Source: Pseudomonadota bacterium
GTDB taxonomy: Bacteria > Bdellovibrionota > Bacteriovoracia > Bacteriovoracales > Bacteriovoracaceae
NCBI GenBank assembly: GCA_027487685.1
Contig: JAIYDC010000133.1
Coordinates: 73,325-137,324 of the forward strand
Direction of reading: 5' to 3'
DNA length: 64,000 nt
In this document: positions 1 through 9,769 of the stretch, piece after piece
Numbering within the stretch: position 1 is the first letter of the stretch
Layout: each line of letters opens with the position of its first letter
Position numbers and translations under genes: made by a program
The notes under the pieces: model-generated
What the model was told of the DNA's origin: nothing
Database searches by the model: none
What the model saw: only the letters and a program-made list of their open reading frames with translations

Positions 1-606
1 GAGATGGGAGATGGATTTAATGTTGGAATCGGAGCAATCAGATGGATAAGAGCTCGTGCACTTTAAAAGAACGATGTTCTCATTTCCCTCGGCCCTGATT
101 GTCTTCACAACGTCCTCGATCTCGGACAACGAGGCCATACCAGTGGATACGATGACCGGCTTCCCCGTTCGGGCGACACGCTGAATGAGTGGAATATCAA
201 CGTTTTCAAATGAAGCGATCTTATAAAAAGGAACATTTAGCTTTTCAAGGAACTCGACCGCCGAAGGATCGAACGGGGTGCTGAAGAAATCCATGCCATG
301 AGATTCGCATCTCTCTTGGATAGGTTTATGCCATTCCCAAGGAGTCATCGCAACCTTGTAGAGATCGTACAGAGAACTCCCCTTCCAGAGACTTTTTGGG
401 TCTGAGATGAAGAATTCCCCATGGGCCAAATCTAAGGTCATGGTGTCGGGAGTATAGGTTTGAATTTTTAGAGCGTCTGCACCGGCGGCAGCAGCGGCGT
501 CAACGATCGCCAGGGCCTTCTCCAGAGATTGATTATGATTCCCAGACATCTCGGCGATAAAGTACGGCCTTTTACCGATCCCGATTTCTTTTCTTCCTAA
601 TTTCAT
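1..606 (-). CDS. pseI: Pseudaminic acid synthase, 5' part (runs off window start; not in ORF track)
   Basis: Manual translation from ATG at 606: MKLGRKEIGIGKRPYFIAEMSGNHNQSLEKALAIVDAAAAAGADALKIQTYTPDTMT...FFSTPFD...YKIASFE. NeuB-family motifs; ATGA overlap with pseH stop; follows pseB/C/F/G/H. Confidence 0.93.
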   Translation of the reverse strand, partial: MKLGRKEIGIGKRPYFIAEMSGNHNQSLEKALAIVDAAAAAGADALKIQTYTPDTMTLDLAHGEFFISDPKSLWKGSSLYDLYKVAMTPWEWHKPIQERCESHGMDFFSTPFDPSAVEFLEKLNVPFYKIASFENVDIPLIQRVARTGKPVIVSTGMASLSEIEDVVKTIRAEGNENIVLLKCTSSYPSDCSDSNIKSISHL

Positions 607-1067
607 AAAACCTCTTTCGAAAAGGTGATCCACTCTTTTTTAAATCCACACTTGGCGAAGAGCTTCAGCGACGCTTCATTGTTGATAAGAACTTCTGCCT
701 TGAGAGTTCTGAGCGAACTCACCTCGGCCTTGAGCTGATTTTCACCCATCGTCAGGAGAAAGCTCCCAAGGCCCTTTCCCCAGTGAGACGGGGCCACGTA
801 GATGCTGACCTTCGCTTCGGTGCACTCCTGAGTGAGGTCGAACCTCAGGACGGCCATGATTTGCTCGTTCTCTTCAATGACGAACAACCGCCGCATCGGG
901 TTTATCAAAGTACTCTCAAACCATGCGACATGCTCAGAGTATGGGATGACCTGAGGGTTAATACTCACCTTCGTTATGAGCTCGTGGTTACGGATGTCGT
1001 AAATTGCTTTACAATCTTTGCCGGATGCCTTTCTAATAGACCAAGAGGTGCTCACAAATATGTCCAA
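603..1067 (-). CDS. pseH: GNAT N-acetyltransferase, PseH-like
   Basis: IRN...H..WF, SIYVAPSHWGKGLG, N.ASLKLF.KCGF GNAT motifs; directly before pseI. Start is TTG without SD and lies within the left inverted repeat. Confidence 0.85.
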   Translation of the reverse strand: MDIFVSTSWSIRKASGKDCKAIYDIRNHELITKVSINPQVIPYSEHVAWFESTLINPMRRLFVIEENEQIMAVLRFDLTQECTEAKVSIYVAPSHWGKGLGSFLLTMGENQLKAEVSSLRTLKAEVLINNEASLKLFAKCGFKKEWITFSKEVL

Positions 1068-2061
1068 AGTCGTTGTTGTTTGTGACTCTTCATTTCAAAT
1101 TGGTACAGGCCACGTTAGTAGGTGCTTACAATTTGCTCATAGACTCGCTGATGTCGGCTCCAATATTACTTTTGTCTCCCGAAATTTACTAGGGAATATT
1201 GCTCAGCACGTAGAGTCTCAAGGCCATAGAATCCACCTCCTGCCTTCCGAGGATTCTCAGAATCTTTTCGAGGTCTCAGAGGCAGACAAAAATACACTTT
1301 TTGACGCAGTTTCGAAGCTCAAACCCGACTGGATCCTGATCGATCACTACGGCTTGGATTACAAGTTTGAACGCCGATTTCGTGACTGCAAGATTTTCGT
1401 CGTGGATGACCTGGACCGAGACCATCAATGTAACGCCTATTTGAATCCCGCATTAAACGCTGCTCCATCCTTAAGCCCCGAGACGAAACTCTTCCTGGGG
1501 CCTCGGTTTGCGATTCTCCCTGATTCCTTCAAGGCGACTTCAATTGCCTTCAACAGTGTCGTCAGTACAGTCTTTGTCTTTTTTGGAGGAACGGACCCCC
1601 AAAGGATGAGTCTTAAGTTTTTGCGGTCACTCGAACAAACGACTATGCCCTTCAAGTTCATCCTCGTTGTTGGGGGTAAAAATCCGGACTTAGAGGAAAT
1701 AAAAAGCATTAAAAATCAGGCTGTTGAACTTCATGTCGACACTCAGAATATGGCAAAACTTATGCTGCGATCAGATATCTATCTTGGCTCTGGTGGCACC
1801 GTCACGTGGGAACGGGCAGCTCTCGGTTTATCGGGACTCTGTATTTCAGTTGCCCATAACCAAGTCAGCATGAGCAAGTCCCTCCATGATTCAGAGGTTC
1901 ATGAATATCTCGGTGAAAGTCAGCATTGGGAAATGCCTGGGATTCTCGAAAAGTTCATTGAGCTGTCTTTGGACCATAAGAGGAGAAAAACCTTCTATGA
2001 AAACAGTCTCAACCTAAAGGTCGGTGAAGACTTTCAGCAGGTTTTGGACTGCTTTAGGTAG
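1060..2061 (+). CDS. pseG: UDP-2,4-diacetamido-2,4,6-trideoxy-beta-L-altropyranose hydrolase, inverted relative to its operon
   Basis: CDSSFQIGTGHVSRC, IDHYGLD, FFGGTDP, GGTVTWERAALG PseG motifs. ATG at 1060 with GAGGTG at 1045-1050. Confidence 0.9.
   Translation: MSKVVVVCDSSFQIGTGHVSRCLQFAHRLADVGSNITFVSRNLLGNIAQHVESQGHRIHLLPSEDSQNLFEVSEADKNTLFDAVSKLKPDWILIDHYGLDYKFERRFRDCKIFVVDDLDRDHQCNAYLNPALNAAPSLSPETKLFLGPRFAILPDSFKATSIAFNSVVSTVFVFFGGTDPQRMSLKFLRSLEQTTMPFKFILVVGGKNPDLEEIKSIKNQAVELHVDTQNMAKLMLRSDIYLGSGGTVTWERAALGLSGLCISVAHNQVSMSKSLHDSEVHEYLGESQHWEMPGILEKFIELSLDHKRRKTFYENSLNLKVGEDFQQVLDCFR
1062..2049. repeat. 7-bp inverted repeat GTCCAAA (1062-1068) / TTTGGAC (2043-2049) bounding pseG
   Basis: Exact reverse-complement match read from sequence; does not extend further on either side. 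Confidence 0.8.
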
Positions 2062-2732
2062 TTGTACTTCATTTCTGCGAGTAACCAGTCTTGCTCGTTA
2101 TCGATGTCTTGGACATAGACTTCATCCATCTCAAAACCAACCGTTTTCCCAAGATAAAAATGAGAGTATTTAAAGAGAGCTTCCGTCGTACCGAAGTAAA
2201 ATTGGCCAGGATCAAAGAACCGAGGCTCCAGATCCTGAGAACGTTTGGAAAAATTTCCTGGTTCTACCATGGTTACGAGACCACTCTGCATTTGCAGCGA
2301 TCTTTGGATGGGTGTTGAGTAGCGACAAACTGGCATCAAGAAATCGGATTCAGAGGCCCGAAATTTTTTAAAGGCTTCGGTCAAAATTTCCACCCCTAAG
2401 AGAGGAGTCGTTGGGTAGATACAGCAAAAGAAATCAAAGACTTGACCTCTCGATTGATAGGCCGTCAAAACTTCTCTAAGCACCGCAAGTGTTCCAGCGA
2501 GGTCACTGGAATTCTCAGGACTCCGTAAAAAAGGGACTTTAGCTCCTAGTGCAGTAGCGACCTCTTTAATCTCCAGATCGTCAGTAGAGACCATCACCTC
2601 ATCAAAAATTCTGGACTCCAGGGCCACCTCAAGAGGGTACGACAGAATCGGTTTACCTAGAAAAGGCTTGATGTTTTTCTTAGGTATCCTCTTACTTCCT
2701 CCCCTGGCAGGAAGGATCGCAAGAATGCTCAC
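2034..2732 (-). CDS. pseF: Pseudaminic acid cytidylyltransferase
   Basis: AILPARGGSKRIPKKNIK, VSTDD, RFFDPGQFY, VQDIDNEQDW. Probable GTG start at 2732 overlapping pseC stop, with AAGGA SD. Confidence 0.9.
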   Translation of the reverse strand: MSILAILPARGGSKRIPKKNIKPFLGKPILSYPLEVALESRIFDEVMVSTDDLEIKEVATALGAKVPFLRSPENSSDLAGTLAVLREVLTAYQSRGQVFDFFCCIYPTTPLLGVEILTEAFKKFRASESDFLMPVCRYSTPIQRSLQMQSGLVTMVEPGNFSKRSQDLEPRFFDPGQFYFGTTEALFKYSHFYLGKTVGFEMDEVYVQDIDNEQDWLLAEMKYNYLKQSKTC

Positions 2733-3877
2733 GCCAGTTCCTTGAGAGACTGGCAAACGAACAGCACTTCTTCATTCGTCATAGAAGGGAACATCGGGAT
2801 GCTGAGACAAGTATTGTAATACGCTTCAGCATTTTTAAGAAAGATATCCTTGTCGAGACCCCTGTAATACGGATGGGCATAGACTGGGCGGTAATGAACC
2901 TGACAGTAAATGCCACGCTCTTTGAGTTTATCGTATAACTCCTTTCGCTTCTCATGTCTGATAACGAAGAGGTGGTAGGCATGGTTAAAGTTATCTCCCA
3001 CGCTGGGCAGCTTTAGTGTTCGAACAGAAGCTAACTCTTTGTAGTAAATTTGAGCAATCTCTCGGCGACGCTTAAGGCCCTGATCTGCTCGCTTTAACTG
3101 GCTCAGACCGAGGGCGCAAAGCATGTCGGGGATCCGGTAATTAAATCCCAGTTCCTGCATCTCATAGTGCCATCCGCCATGGTGCTCTACCAGCTCGTCC
3201 TGGGCCCGGGTGATTCCGTGAGTCCGAAGCTTTAAAATTCTTTGATAAAGGTCTTTGTCGTTGGTGGTAATCATCCCGCCTTCGCCACAGGCAATATGCT
3301 TCACGGGATGGAACGAAAACACCGAAACTTCGGCCAGTCCGCTCCCTCCACACTTCCGCCAGACTCCCTCTGAATCTTTGAAGGCCCCACCGGGAGCATG
3401 ACAAGCGTCTTCCATGATCCAAAGGCCATACTGGTCTGCGAGTTTACGAAGACCTTCGAGATCCACAGGGTAGCCTGCGAAGTCCACAGGAATGATGCCC
3501 GAGTAAGTACCAGCAGGAGCATTCTTAAGTTTGGCTTCGAGGAGCGGAAGGTCGATATTAAAGCTCTCCGGATTAATATCTACAAATTCTACCTGTCCGT
3601 CGCAATAGAGCACGGAATTGGCAGAGGCTGCGAAAGTAATGGGAGTGGTCAAAACCTTCGTTCCAGCTTTAACCCCTAGAGCAAGTGCTCCGAGATGAAG
3701 GGCCACTGTTCCGTTCATAACCGCAACAGCATATTGGGCCCCGACATACTCTGCGAAAGCCTTTTCAAACTCCAGAACCTTCGGTCCTTGGGTTAGGAAG
3801 TCAGATTTCAGAGTTTCGGTAACGGCCTGAATGTCTTCATCAGTGATGTTCTGTCTACCATAGGGGATTGGCTTCAT
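2729..3877 (-). CDS. pseC: UDP-4-amino-4,6-dideoxy-N-acetyl-beta-L-altrosamine transaminase
   Basis: MKPIPYGRQNI, LTQGPKV, EDACHAPG, FSFHPVKHIACGEGG. Start trimmed from 4066 to ATG 3877, 1 nt after pseB stop. Confidence 0.92.
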   Translation of the reverse strand: MKPIPYGRQNITDEDIQAVTETLKSDFLTQGPKVLEFEKAFAEYVGAQYAVAVMNGTVALHLGALALGVKAGTKVLTTPITFAASANSVLYCDGQVEFVDINPESFNIDLPLLEAKLKNAPAGTYSGIIPVDFAGYPVDLEGLRKLADQYGLWIMEDACHAPGGAFKDSEGVWRKCGGSGLAEVSVFSFHPVKHIACGEGGMITTNDKDLYQRILKLRTHGITRAQDELVEHHGGWHYEMQELGFNYRIPDMLCALGLSQLKRADQGLKRRREIAQIYYKELASVRTLKLPSVGDNFNHAYHLFVIRHEKRKELYDKLKERGIYCQVHYRPVYAHPYYRGLDKDIFLKNAEAYYNTCLSIPMFPSMTNEEVLFVCQSLKELA

Positions 3878-3878
3878 T

Positions 3879-4889
3879 TCAGATCTCAAACGATGGATCG
3901 ACGTGTTGTTTAATTTGCTTCCGAAGCTCTCCCACAGAGATCCACTCGGTGTTTTCTCCGGAGTTATACCTAAATCCTTGAGCAACGGGTTTTGCCTTGA
4001 AAGCTTCGATGTACTGCGCCTTATTCCAGGTTGGGTGACTAGGGATGATGACGTAGTACTTCCCACAATCCAGGGTGTTCATCGCATCGCTCTCCGTGAT
4101 CATCTCTTCATGGAGCTTTTCACCTGGCCGGATTCCGATAATTTCTTTCTTCGATTTAGGGCAAACGGCCTCTGCAACTTCTGTTATTTTGTAGGACGGA
4201 ATTTTGGGAACGAAAAGCTCACCACCCCAAGCGTTTTCAAGAGCGTACATGACCATGCTCACGCCTTCTTCGAGCGTAATGTTAAAGCGAGTCATTCTGT
4301 CATCCGTGATCGGAAGAACGCCAGTCTTTTTCATTTTTAGGTAGAAGGGAACAACAGAGCCACGAGACCCAAGTACGTTGCCATAACGAACAACGGAGAA
4401 TGAAAGCTTGCGGCTGCCTTTCATGTTGTTAGCGGCAATAAACAACTTATCCGAGCAGAGTTTAGTTGCTCCATAGAGATTTATTGGTGCCGCGGCTTTA
4501 TCGGTGGAGAGGGCCACGACTTTCGAGATCCCACAGTCCAGAGCAGCGTTGATGACGTTTTCTGCTCCGAGAACGTTCGTGCTGATGCATTCCATCGGGT
4601 TGTACTCCGCGATCGGGACATGCTTGAGCGCAGCTGCATGAACGATCACATCAATGCCTTCACAGGCCCGTTTAAGTCGCGCACCATCGCGAACGTCACC
4701 GATGAAAAATCGTAGCTGAGGAAACTGGGATGGGGGATAGAGCTGTGCCATCTCAAATTGCTTCAATTCGTCTCGGGAGTAGACGATAATTTTCTTAACG
4801 CCCTTGTAATTGGTGAGGACAGTTTCGATGAACTTTTTTCCAAAGGAACCAGTGCCGCCCGTGACTAGAACAGATTTATCATTAAGCAT
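3879..4889 (-). CDS. pseB: UDP-GlcNAc 4,6-dehydratase (inverting)
   Basis: TGGTGSFG, HAAALKHVPIAEYNP, STDKAAAPINLYGATK, RYGNVLGSRGSV, GIRPGEKLHE. Confidence 0.95.
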   Translation of the reverse strand: MLNDKSVLVTGGTGSFGKKFIETVLTNYKGVKKIIVYSRDELKQFEMAQLYPPSQFPQLRFFIGDVRDGARLKRACEGIDVIVHAAALKHVPIAEYNPMECISTNVLGAENVINAALDCGISKVVALSTDKAAAPINLYGATKLCSDKLFIAANNMKGSRKLSFSVVRYGNVLGSRGSVVPFYLKMKKTGVLPITDDRMTRFNITLEEGVSMVMYALENAWGGELFVPKIPSYKITEVAEAVCPKSKKEIIGIRPGEKLHEEMITESDAMNTLDCGKYYVIIPSHPTWNKAQYIEAFKAKPVAQGFRYNSGENTEWISVGELRKQIKQHVDPSFEI

Positions 4890-4971
4890 TTGGGTATCTC
4901 GTTTGTTGATTGAATCATCGCGAATTTTAGCCTAATATCTCACGAAAATAAACTTATATGGAAGCCTCCGC

Positions 4972-6081
4972 ATGAAGAAAGCGTTAATAACTGGGATCAC
5001 GGGCCAAGATGGTTCTTATTTGGCAGAATTTTTAATCGAAAAGGGCTACGAAGTTCATGGAGTAAAACGCCGCTCTTCGCAGTTCAATACAGATCGAATT
5101 GATCACCTCTACCAAGACCCCCATGACACCAACATAAAGCTCAAACTTCACTACGGGGACCTGACGGATTCGAGTAACCTTATCCGAATTATTCAAGAGA
5201 TTCAACCATCTGAGATCTACAATCTGGGCGCCATGAGTCATGTGAAAGTCTCATTCGACACTCCAGAATACACGGGCAATGTTGATGGCCTGGGTACTTT
5301 AAGAATTTTGGAAGCAGTCAGGCTTTTGGGCCTCCAGAAAAGCACTCGCATCTACCAAGCCTCATCCTCAGAATTGTATGGCTTAGTGCAAGAAAGTCCC
5401 CAGAGTGAGATGACGCCTTTCTACCCTCGCTCGCCCTACGCGACCGCCAAGCTCTACGCCTACTGGACCATCGTGAATTACAGGGAGGCGTACGGTATTT
5501 ACGCCTGCAATGGGATCCTTTTTAACCACGAGTCTCCAAGACGAGGAGAAACCTTCGTTACCCGAAAAATTACTCGTGCTGCATGCAAGATAGCTCTCGG
5601 ACTTGAAAACACCCTCTACCTTGGGAATCTCAACGCCCAAAGGGATTGGGGCCATGCAAAAGATTACGTCGAGGCGATGTGGTTGATGCTCCAGCAAGAG
5701 CGGCCTGACGATTTTGTGATTGCTACCGGTAAAACCACAACTGTCAGAACCTTCGTCCAATTGGCATTCAGAGAAGTAGGAATTGAGATAGAGTTTCACG
5801 GAGAAGGCTTGGAGGAGAAAGGATACGTGGTCGCCTGCACAGGGGAGTACAAAATTCCTATCGGCAGAGAAATCGTTTCTATCGACCAGGAATATTTCAG
5901 ACCCACCGAAGTCGAACTACTGCTAGGGGATGCGACGAAGGCAAAGAAGGCCCTCGGTTGGGAGCCGAAGCACGACTTACATTATTTGGTCAAAGATATG
6001 ATGACGGCAGACCTGAGCTACTTCAAGAAAGAAAAGCTCATGCATGACAATGGTCACGGAACCCTGAAGCGCTATGAATAA
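4972..6081 (+). CDS. gmd: GDP-mannose 4,6-dehydratase
   Basis: [56 protein letters not shown]. Confidence 0.97.
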   Translation: MKKALITGITGQDGSYLAEFLIEKGYEVHGVKRRSSQFNTDRIDHLYQDPHDTNIKLKLHYGDLTDSSNLIRIIQEIQPSEIYNLGAMSHVKVSFDTPEYTGNVDGLGTLRILEAVRLLGLQKSTRIYQASSSELYGLVQESPQSEMTPFYPRSPYATAKLYAYWTIVNYREAYGIYACNGILFNHESPRRGETFVTRKITRAACKIALGLENTLYLGNLNAQRDWGHAKDYVEAMWLMLQQERPDDFVIATGKTTTVRTFVQLAFREVGIEIEFHGEGLEEKGYVVACTGEYKIPIGREIVSIDQEYFRPTEVELLLGDATKAKKALGWEPKHDLHYLVKDMMTADLSYFKKEKLMHDNGHGTLKRYE

Positions 6082-7006
6082 TACTTCAAAGATTCTCGTC
6101 TTAGGTTCCAGAGGTCTCGTCGGTTCTGCGATCCTTAGAGAACTTCGCAAGCAGGGGTTCGTCAACTTGCTTCATCCCACGCGAGAGGAGCTCGATCTCT
6201 TTCGCCAAGTAGAAGTTGAGAATTATTTTAAGACCCATGAACCAGAGTATGTTTTTCTTGCGGCAGCTAAAGTTGGGGGTATCTTGGCCAACTCAACTTT
6301 CCGCGCCGACTTTATTTTTGAAAATTTGCAAATCCAACAGAACGTCTTCAATGCCGCCTTTCGAGTTAGAACGCCCAATCTTCTCTTCTTAGGTAGTTCT
6401 TGCATCTATCCCAAAAACGCTCCACAACCACTCAAAGAAGAATACTTACTCACGTCCGATTTAGAGCCTACAAACGAGCCCTATGCCGTTGCTAAAATCG
6501 CAGGCCTCAAGACTACGGAGAGCTTTCGTCTCCAATATGGTCTCAACTGGACCTCTGTGATGCCAACTAATCTCTATGGCATTAACGATAACTTCGATCT
6601 TAACAGTGCCCATGTCATTCCTGGATTAATTGCACGGATGCACGGAAGCATGAAGAGGGCCGAGAAGGTTTTTACAGTCTGGGGATCAGGAAGGCCACTC
6701 CGTGAATTTTTGTATGTAGATGACATGGCCAGGGCTTGCATCTACGTCTCTGGGATGAAGAATCTGAATCACGGTCTCATCAACATTGGTTCCGGAGATG
6801 AGATCGCTATCGGTGAATTGGCCAAGCTCGTGGCCCAAAAACTAAATTTTCAGGGTGAGCTCGTTTTCGATGGAAGCAAACCAGATGGAACCATGAGAAA
6901 GCTACTAGATATTTCAATTATGACTTCTTTTGGCTGGAAGCCAGTAGTGAACTTGAATGAGGGCTTAAACCTAACCATCGAACACTTTCTCCAGAATAAC
7001 CCTTAG
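6074..7006 (+). CDS. fcl: GDP-L-fucose synthase
   Basis: [60 protein letters not shown]; overlaps gmd. Confidence 0.96.
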   Translation: MNNTSKILVLGSRGLVGSAILRELRKQGFVNLLHPTREELDLFRQVEVENYFKTHEPEYVFLAAAKVGGILANSTFRADFIFENLQIQQNVFNAAFRVRTPNLLFLGSSCIYPKNAPQPLKEEYLLTSDLEPTNEPYAVAKIAGLKTTESFRLQYGLNWTSVMPTNLYGINDNFDLNSAHVIPGLIARMHGSMKRAEKVFTVWGSGRPLREFLYVDDMARACIYVSGMKNLNHGLINIGSGDEIAIGELAKLVAQKLNFQGELVFDGSKPDGTMRKLLDISIMTSFGWKPVVNLNEGLNLTIEHFLQNNP

Positions 7007-7140
7007 AGTTCAGGATTATGTCTAAAACAAGTATGTTTTCTGTATCCTTTTAATCCGCTAAAATTCATTCGGTTTAGATTTTGCAGGTTTAAGTGGTAGA
7101 TTCCCTGAAATTTTAGGACAAGTCAGTCTTTTTAGATTGG

Positions 7141-8336
7141 TTAAGTCTCGATTAAAGATCCTTCCCGCTAATCTCTGAAATAATTTTCTCTGCAGCAACT
7201 TTTATTCCATGACTGTTCCAATGTGAATCGTCCTTGAAATATGTTTCGTTGTTGTTTAAGAACATTTGGCGAAACTGTGATTCAACTTCGATGACCCTAA
7301 CACCCTTACTTTTCAGATCCTCCATGAGGAAGTGAGAGAATTGAGATTTCCTCACTCCTTTTCTTAGAGGGTGTTCATCAAAATGAACTTCTGCTTTAGA
7401 GGGGATGAGCAGAAAAACAAAATTTGCCCCCTTAGAGGTTACATAATTGTGGTAGGAGGCAATCGTCCTAGATACTTGTTCGACTGATTTTTTATCATCC
7501 GGTCTAGTGAGGGCAATCTCCAAAGCGTCGTCATAGAGGATTTTTTTATCTTCATCGATGTAATAAACGACCTTATTTAAATTCTGACCACCAAAAAGGT
7601 TCTGGTAATATCTCCCAATACTAGCTTTGATAAAATTCCGGTAAGCAAGTTTGAAAAAATCATCATAATAAACCAGCGGCCCCGAAATAGAATCATACAA
7701 AGTGCTTGTATTCATTTGAATTTTTTGAGCTTCTATTGGCAAGGTCTTAATACCTAAGCCATCTGAAACAGATTCATAAACTACAGTCACTCCTGGCCCC
7801 AATTGTATCTTTGGGTCCCGAACAAAGTCATTCATCGTAGCTTTTGCGTATGGGTAGGCCCTGAGATTACTATTTTCTTCAATTTGACTAGAGAGAGTGT
7901 GTTCTTGTGAAACCCCACTCCCCACCGCAAACGAATCTCCAACGATGTAAATATCAGGTATTTTTGAAATGGCTGAGTGGTATCGGTGACCGGAAGAATT
8001 GGTGAACCATTTGACTTTTCTCGGCTGAGCATAAGCAGTGTGATGACCTAGGTCCCCAGTTTCATCCATTTCACATTTCTGATTCGGATAGAATACGTAT
8101 TCCTGACTAAGCAAGTTATTTGTCAGCATCTTTTCCCAGCACCTAAAGTAGGGAAGATAAGGGGAAAGCGAATAAAGAACGATGTACACCGCAACCGGAA
8201 GCAGCATCAAGCATAACTCCCAATGTACCTTGGGAACTTTTGTTTCAGTATTAGTTGCAATAGAATTTAAATCTGGCAATTGGTATCCCTCATACATTAA
8301 AAGCTGAATGTAATTGAAACTTTAATCAAGATTTAA
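7141..8336. repeat. Imperfect 17-bp inverted repeat (15/17) flanking the SGNH gene: TTAAGTCTCGATTAAAG 7141-7157 and CTTTAATCAAGATTTAA 8320-8336
   Basis: Direct comparison of left copy with reverse complement of right copy; each copy is TTAA-N7-TTAA; left copy contains the gene's stop codon. Confidence 0.65.
7152..8297 (-). CDS. Membrane-anchored SGNH/AlgJ-AlgX-like O-acetyltransferase
   Basis: N-terminal hydrophobic segment, IVGDSF (GDS block), FLLIPSK, YFKDDSHWNSHG (DxHW); adjacent to MBOAT gene. Confidence 0.7.
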   Translation of the reverse strand: MYEGYQLPDLNSIATNTETKVPKVHWELCLMLLPVAVYIVLYSLSPYLPYFRCWEKMLTNNLLSQEYVFYPNQKCEMDETGDLGHHTAYAQPRKVKWFTNSSGHRYHSAISKIPDIYIVGDSFAVGSGVSQEHTLSSQIEENSNLRAYPYAKATMNDFVRDPKIQLGPGVTVVYESVSDGLGIKTLPIEAQKIQMNTSTLYDSISGPLVYYDDFFKLAYRNFIKASIGRYYQNLFGGQNLNKVVYYIDEDKKILYDDALEIALTRPDDKKSVEQVSRTIASYHNYVTSKGANFVFLLIPSKAEVHFDEHPLRKGVRKSQFSHFLMEDLKSKGVRVIEVESQFRQMFLNNNETYFKDDSHWNSHGIKVAAEKIISEISGKDL

Positions 8337-8372
8337 TAAGTTGTATACTTCACTCTATTATCGAGGACTTGA

Positions 8373-9761
8373 TTGAATTTCGTTTCTATTGAATTCATAA
8401 CATTTATTATTGTCACTTTAACCATTTACTTTTGCTTGGCGCATAAGTGGAGAAATTACTGGATTTTAATTACAAGTTATTTTTTTTATGGCTGGTGGGA
8501 CTGGCGTTTTCTTACCCTTCTGTTTGCTTCCTCAGTAATCGACTTCTACTGCTCCCAATTTATGCTGGGACCTCACCGAAAAAAAGCATTATATATCTCT
8601 TTGTTTTCCAATCTAGGGATCTTATTTTTCTTTAAGTATTTCAATTTCTTCATAGAAAGTTTAACTGCCATAGTAGGTATGAAGCTAGAGGGGCAAGTTA
8701 TTAACGTAATTCTCCCAGTGGGTATCTCATTTTATACATTTCAAACCATGAGCTATACAATCGACTGCTACAGGGGGGTCCTGAAGCCATCTTATGACTT
8801 TGTTAAGTTTTTAGCATACGTAAGCTATTTCCCTCAATTGGTTGCGGGACCGATTGAAAGGGCTTCACATCTTTTACCTCAATTCGACCTGAAGCACGTA
8901 TTTAGGTCAGATCTATTTATTGCTGGTATTCAACTTGCACTTTTTGGCTTTTTCAAAAAAATCGTAATTTCAGATAATATCTCAGGAGTTGCTGATTATT
9001 ATTTTTCTCAAAATAACTTGAGCTTCATTGATACAGTTGTCGCAGTATATGCATTCTCTATTCAGATCTATTGTGATTTTTCTGGGTATACAGATATTGC
9101 TCGAGGATTAGCAAAAATGATGGGCTATGATATTTGCCTGAATTTTATGTTTCCTTATTACAGCACAAACCCTAGCGACTTCTGGCGAAGATGGCATATA
9201 AGCCTTTCTTCATGGCTCAGAGACTATCTCTATATACCCCTAGGAGGGAACAGAGGAACCACGACAAGGACTAGCATAAACCTATTCCTAACAATGTTGC
9301 TAGGTGGCCTCTGGCACGGAGCTTCACTTAATTTTGTGCTATGGGGCACTTACCATGGCTTGATTTTGATTATTTCAAGAGTATTGAATTTCACAAGTCA
9401 TGCCCAAGAATGGCCGAACTTGGCACCCAGATCTTTATTAAAGATGTTTCTATATTTCCAGGTAACTGCTTTCGGATGGTTGCTATTTAGAGCTTCTTCT
9501 TGGAAGCAGATCAAGAATATGACAGCCTCACTTTTTGGATTCCATGGTTTTAAGACTACTTCTTATGAAAACCTGATCCTAGTCATTTCCGGAGCACTCG
9601 CTGTTGGGTTATTAGATTTTTATTTGATTTACCGGAAGGATTTAGAACCTTGGATTAAATGGTCCACGCCGAAAAGGCTTGTATCTTATCTAGTGGCAAT
9701 TTTATCAATTATCTTATTTGGTTCGAGTCTGGATAATGAGTTTATTTATTTTCAGTTTTGA
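8373..9761 (+). CDS. MBOAT O-acyltransferase (AlgI/DltB family)
   Basis: LPVGISFYTFQTMSY, FPQLVAGPIER, IYCDFSGYTDIARG, FWRRWHISLSSWLRDYLYIPLGG, GLWHGA; TTG start with GAGGA SD. Confidence 0.93.
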   Translation: MNFVSIEFITFIIVTLTIYFCLAHKWRNYWILITSYFFYGWWDWRFLTLLFASSVIDFYCSQFMLGPHRKKALYISLFSNLGILFFFKYFNFFIESLTAIVGMKLEGQVINVILPVGISFYTFQTMSYTIDCYRGVLKPSYDFVKFLAYVSYFPQLVAGPIERASHLLPQFDLKHVFRSDLFIAGIQLALFGFFKKIVISDNISGVADYYFSQNNLSFIDTVVAVYAFSIQIYCDFSGYTDIARGLAKMMGYDICLNFMFPYYSTNPSDFWRRWHISLSSWLRDYLYIPLGGNRGTTTRTSINLFLTMLLGGLWHGASLNFVLWGTYHGLILIISRVLNFTSHAQEWPNLAPRSLLKMFLYFQVTAFGWLLFRASSWKQIKNMTASLFGFHGFKTTSYENLILVISGALAVGLLDFYLIYRKDLEPWIKWSTPKRLVSYLVAILSIILFGSSLDNEFIYFQF

Positions 9762-9769
9762 GGTAAGGG

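Noticed and set aside
2729-4066. 445-aa PseC with 63-aa N-terminal extension in the ORF track
   Set aside because: Extension overlaps pseB in another frame; homology starts at MKPIPYGRQ (3877).
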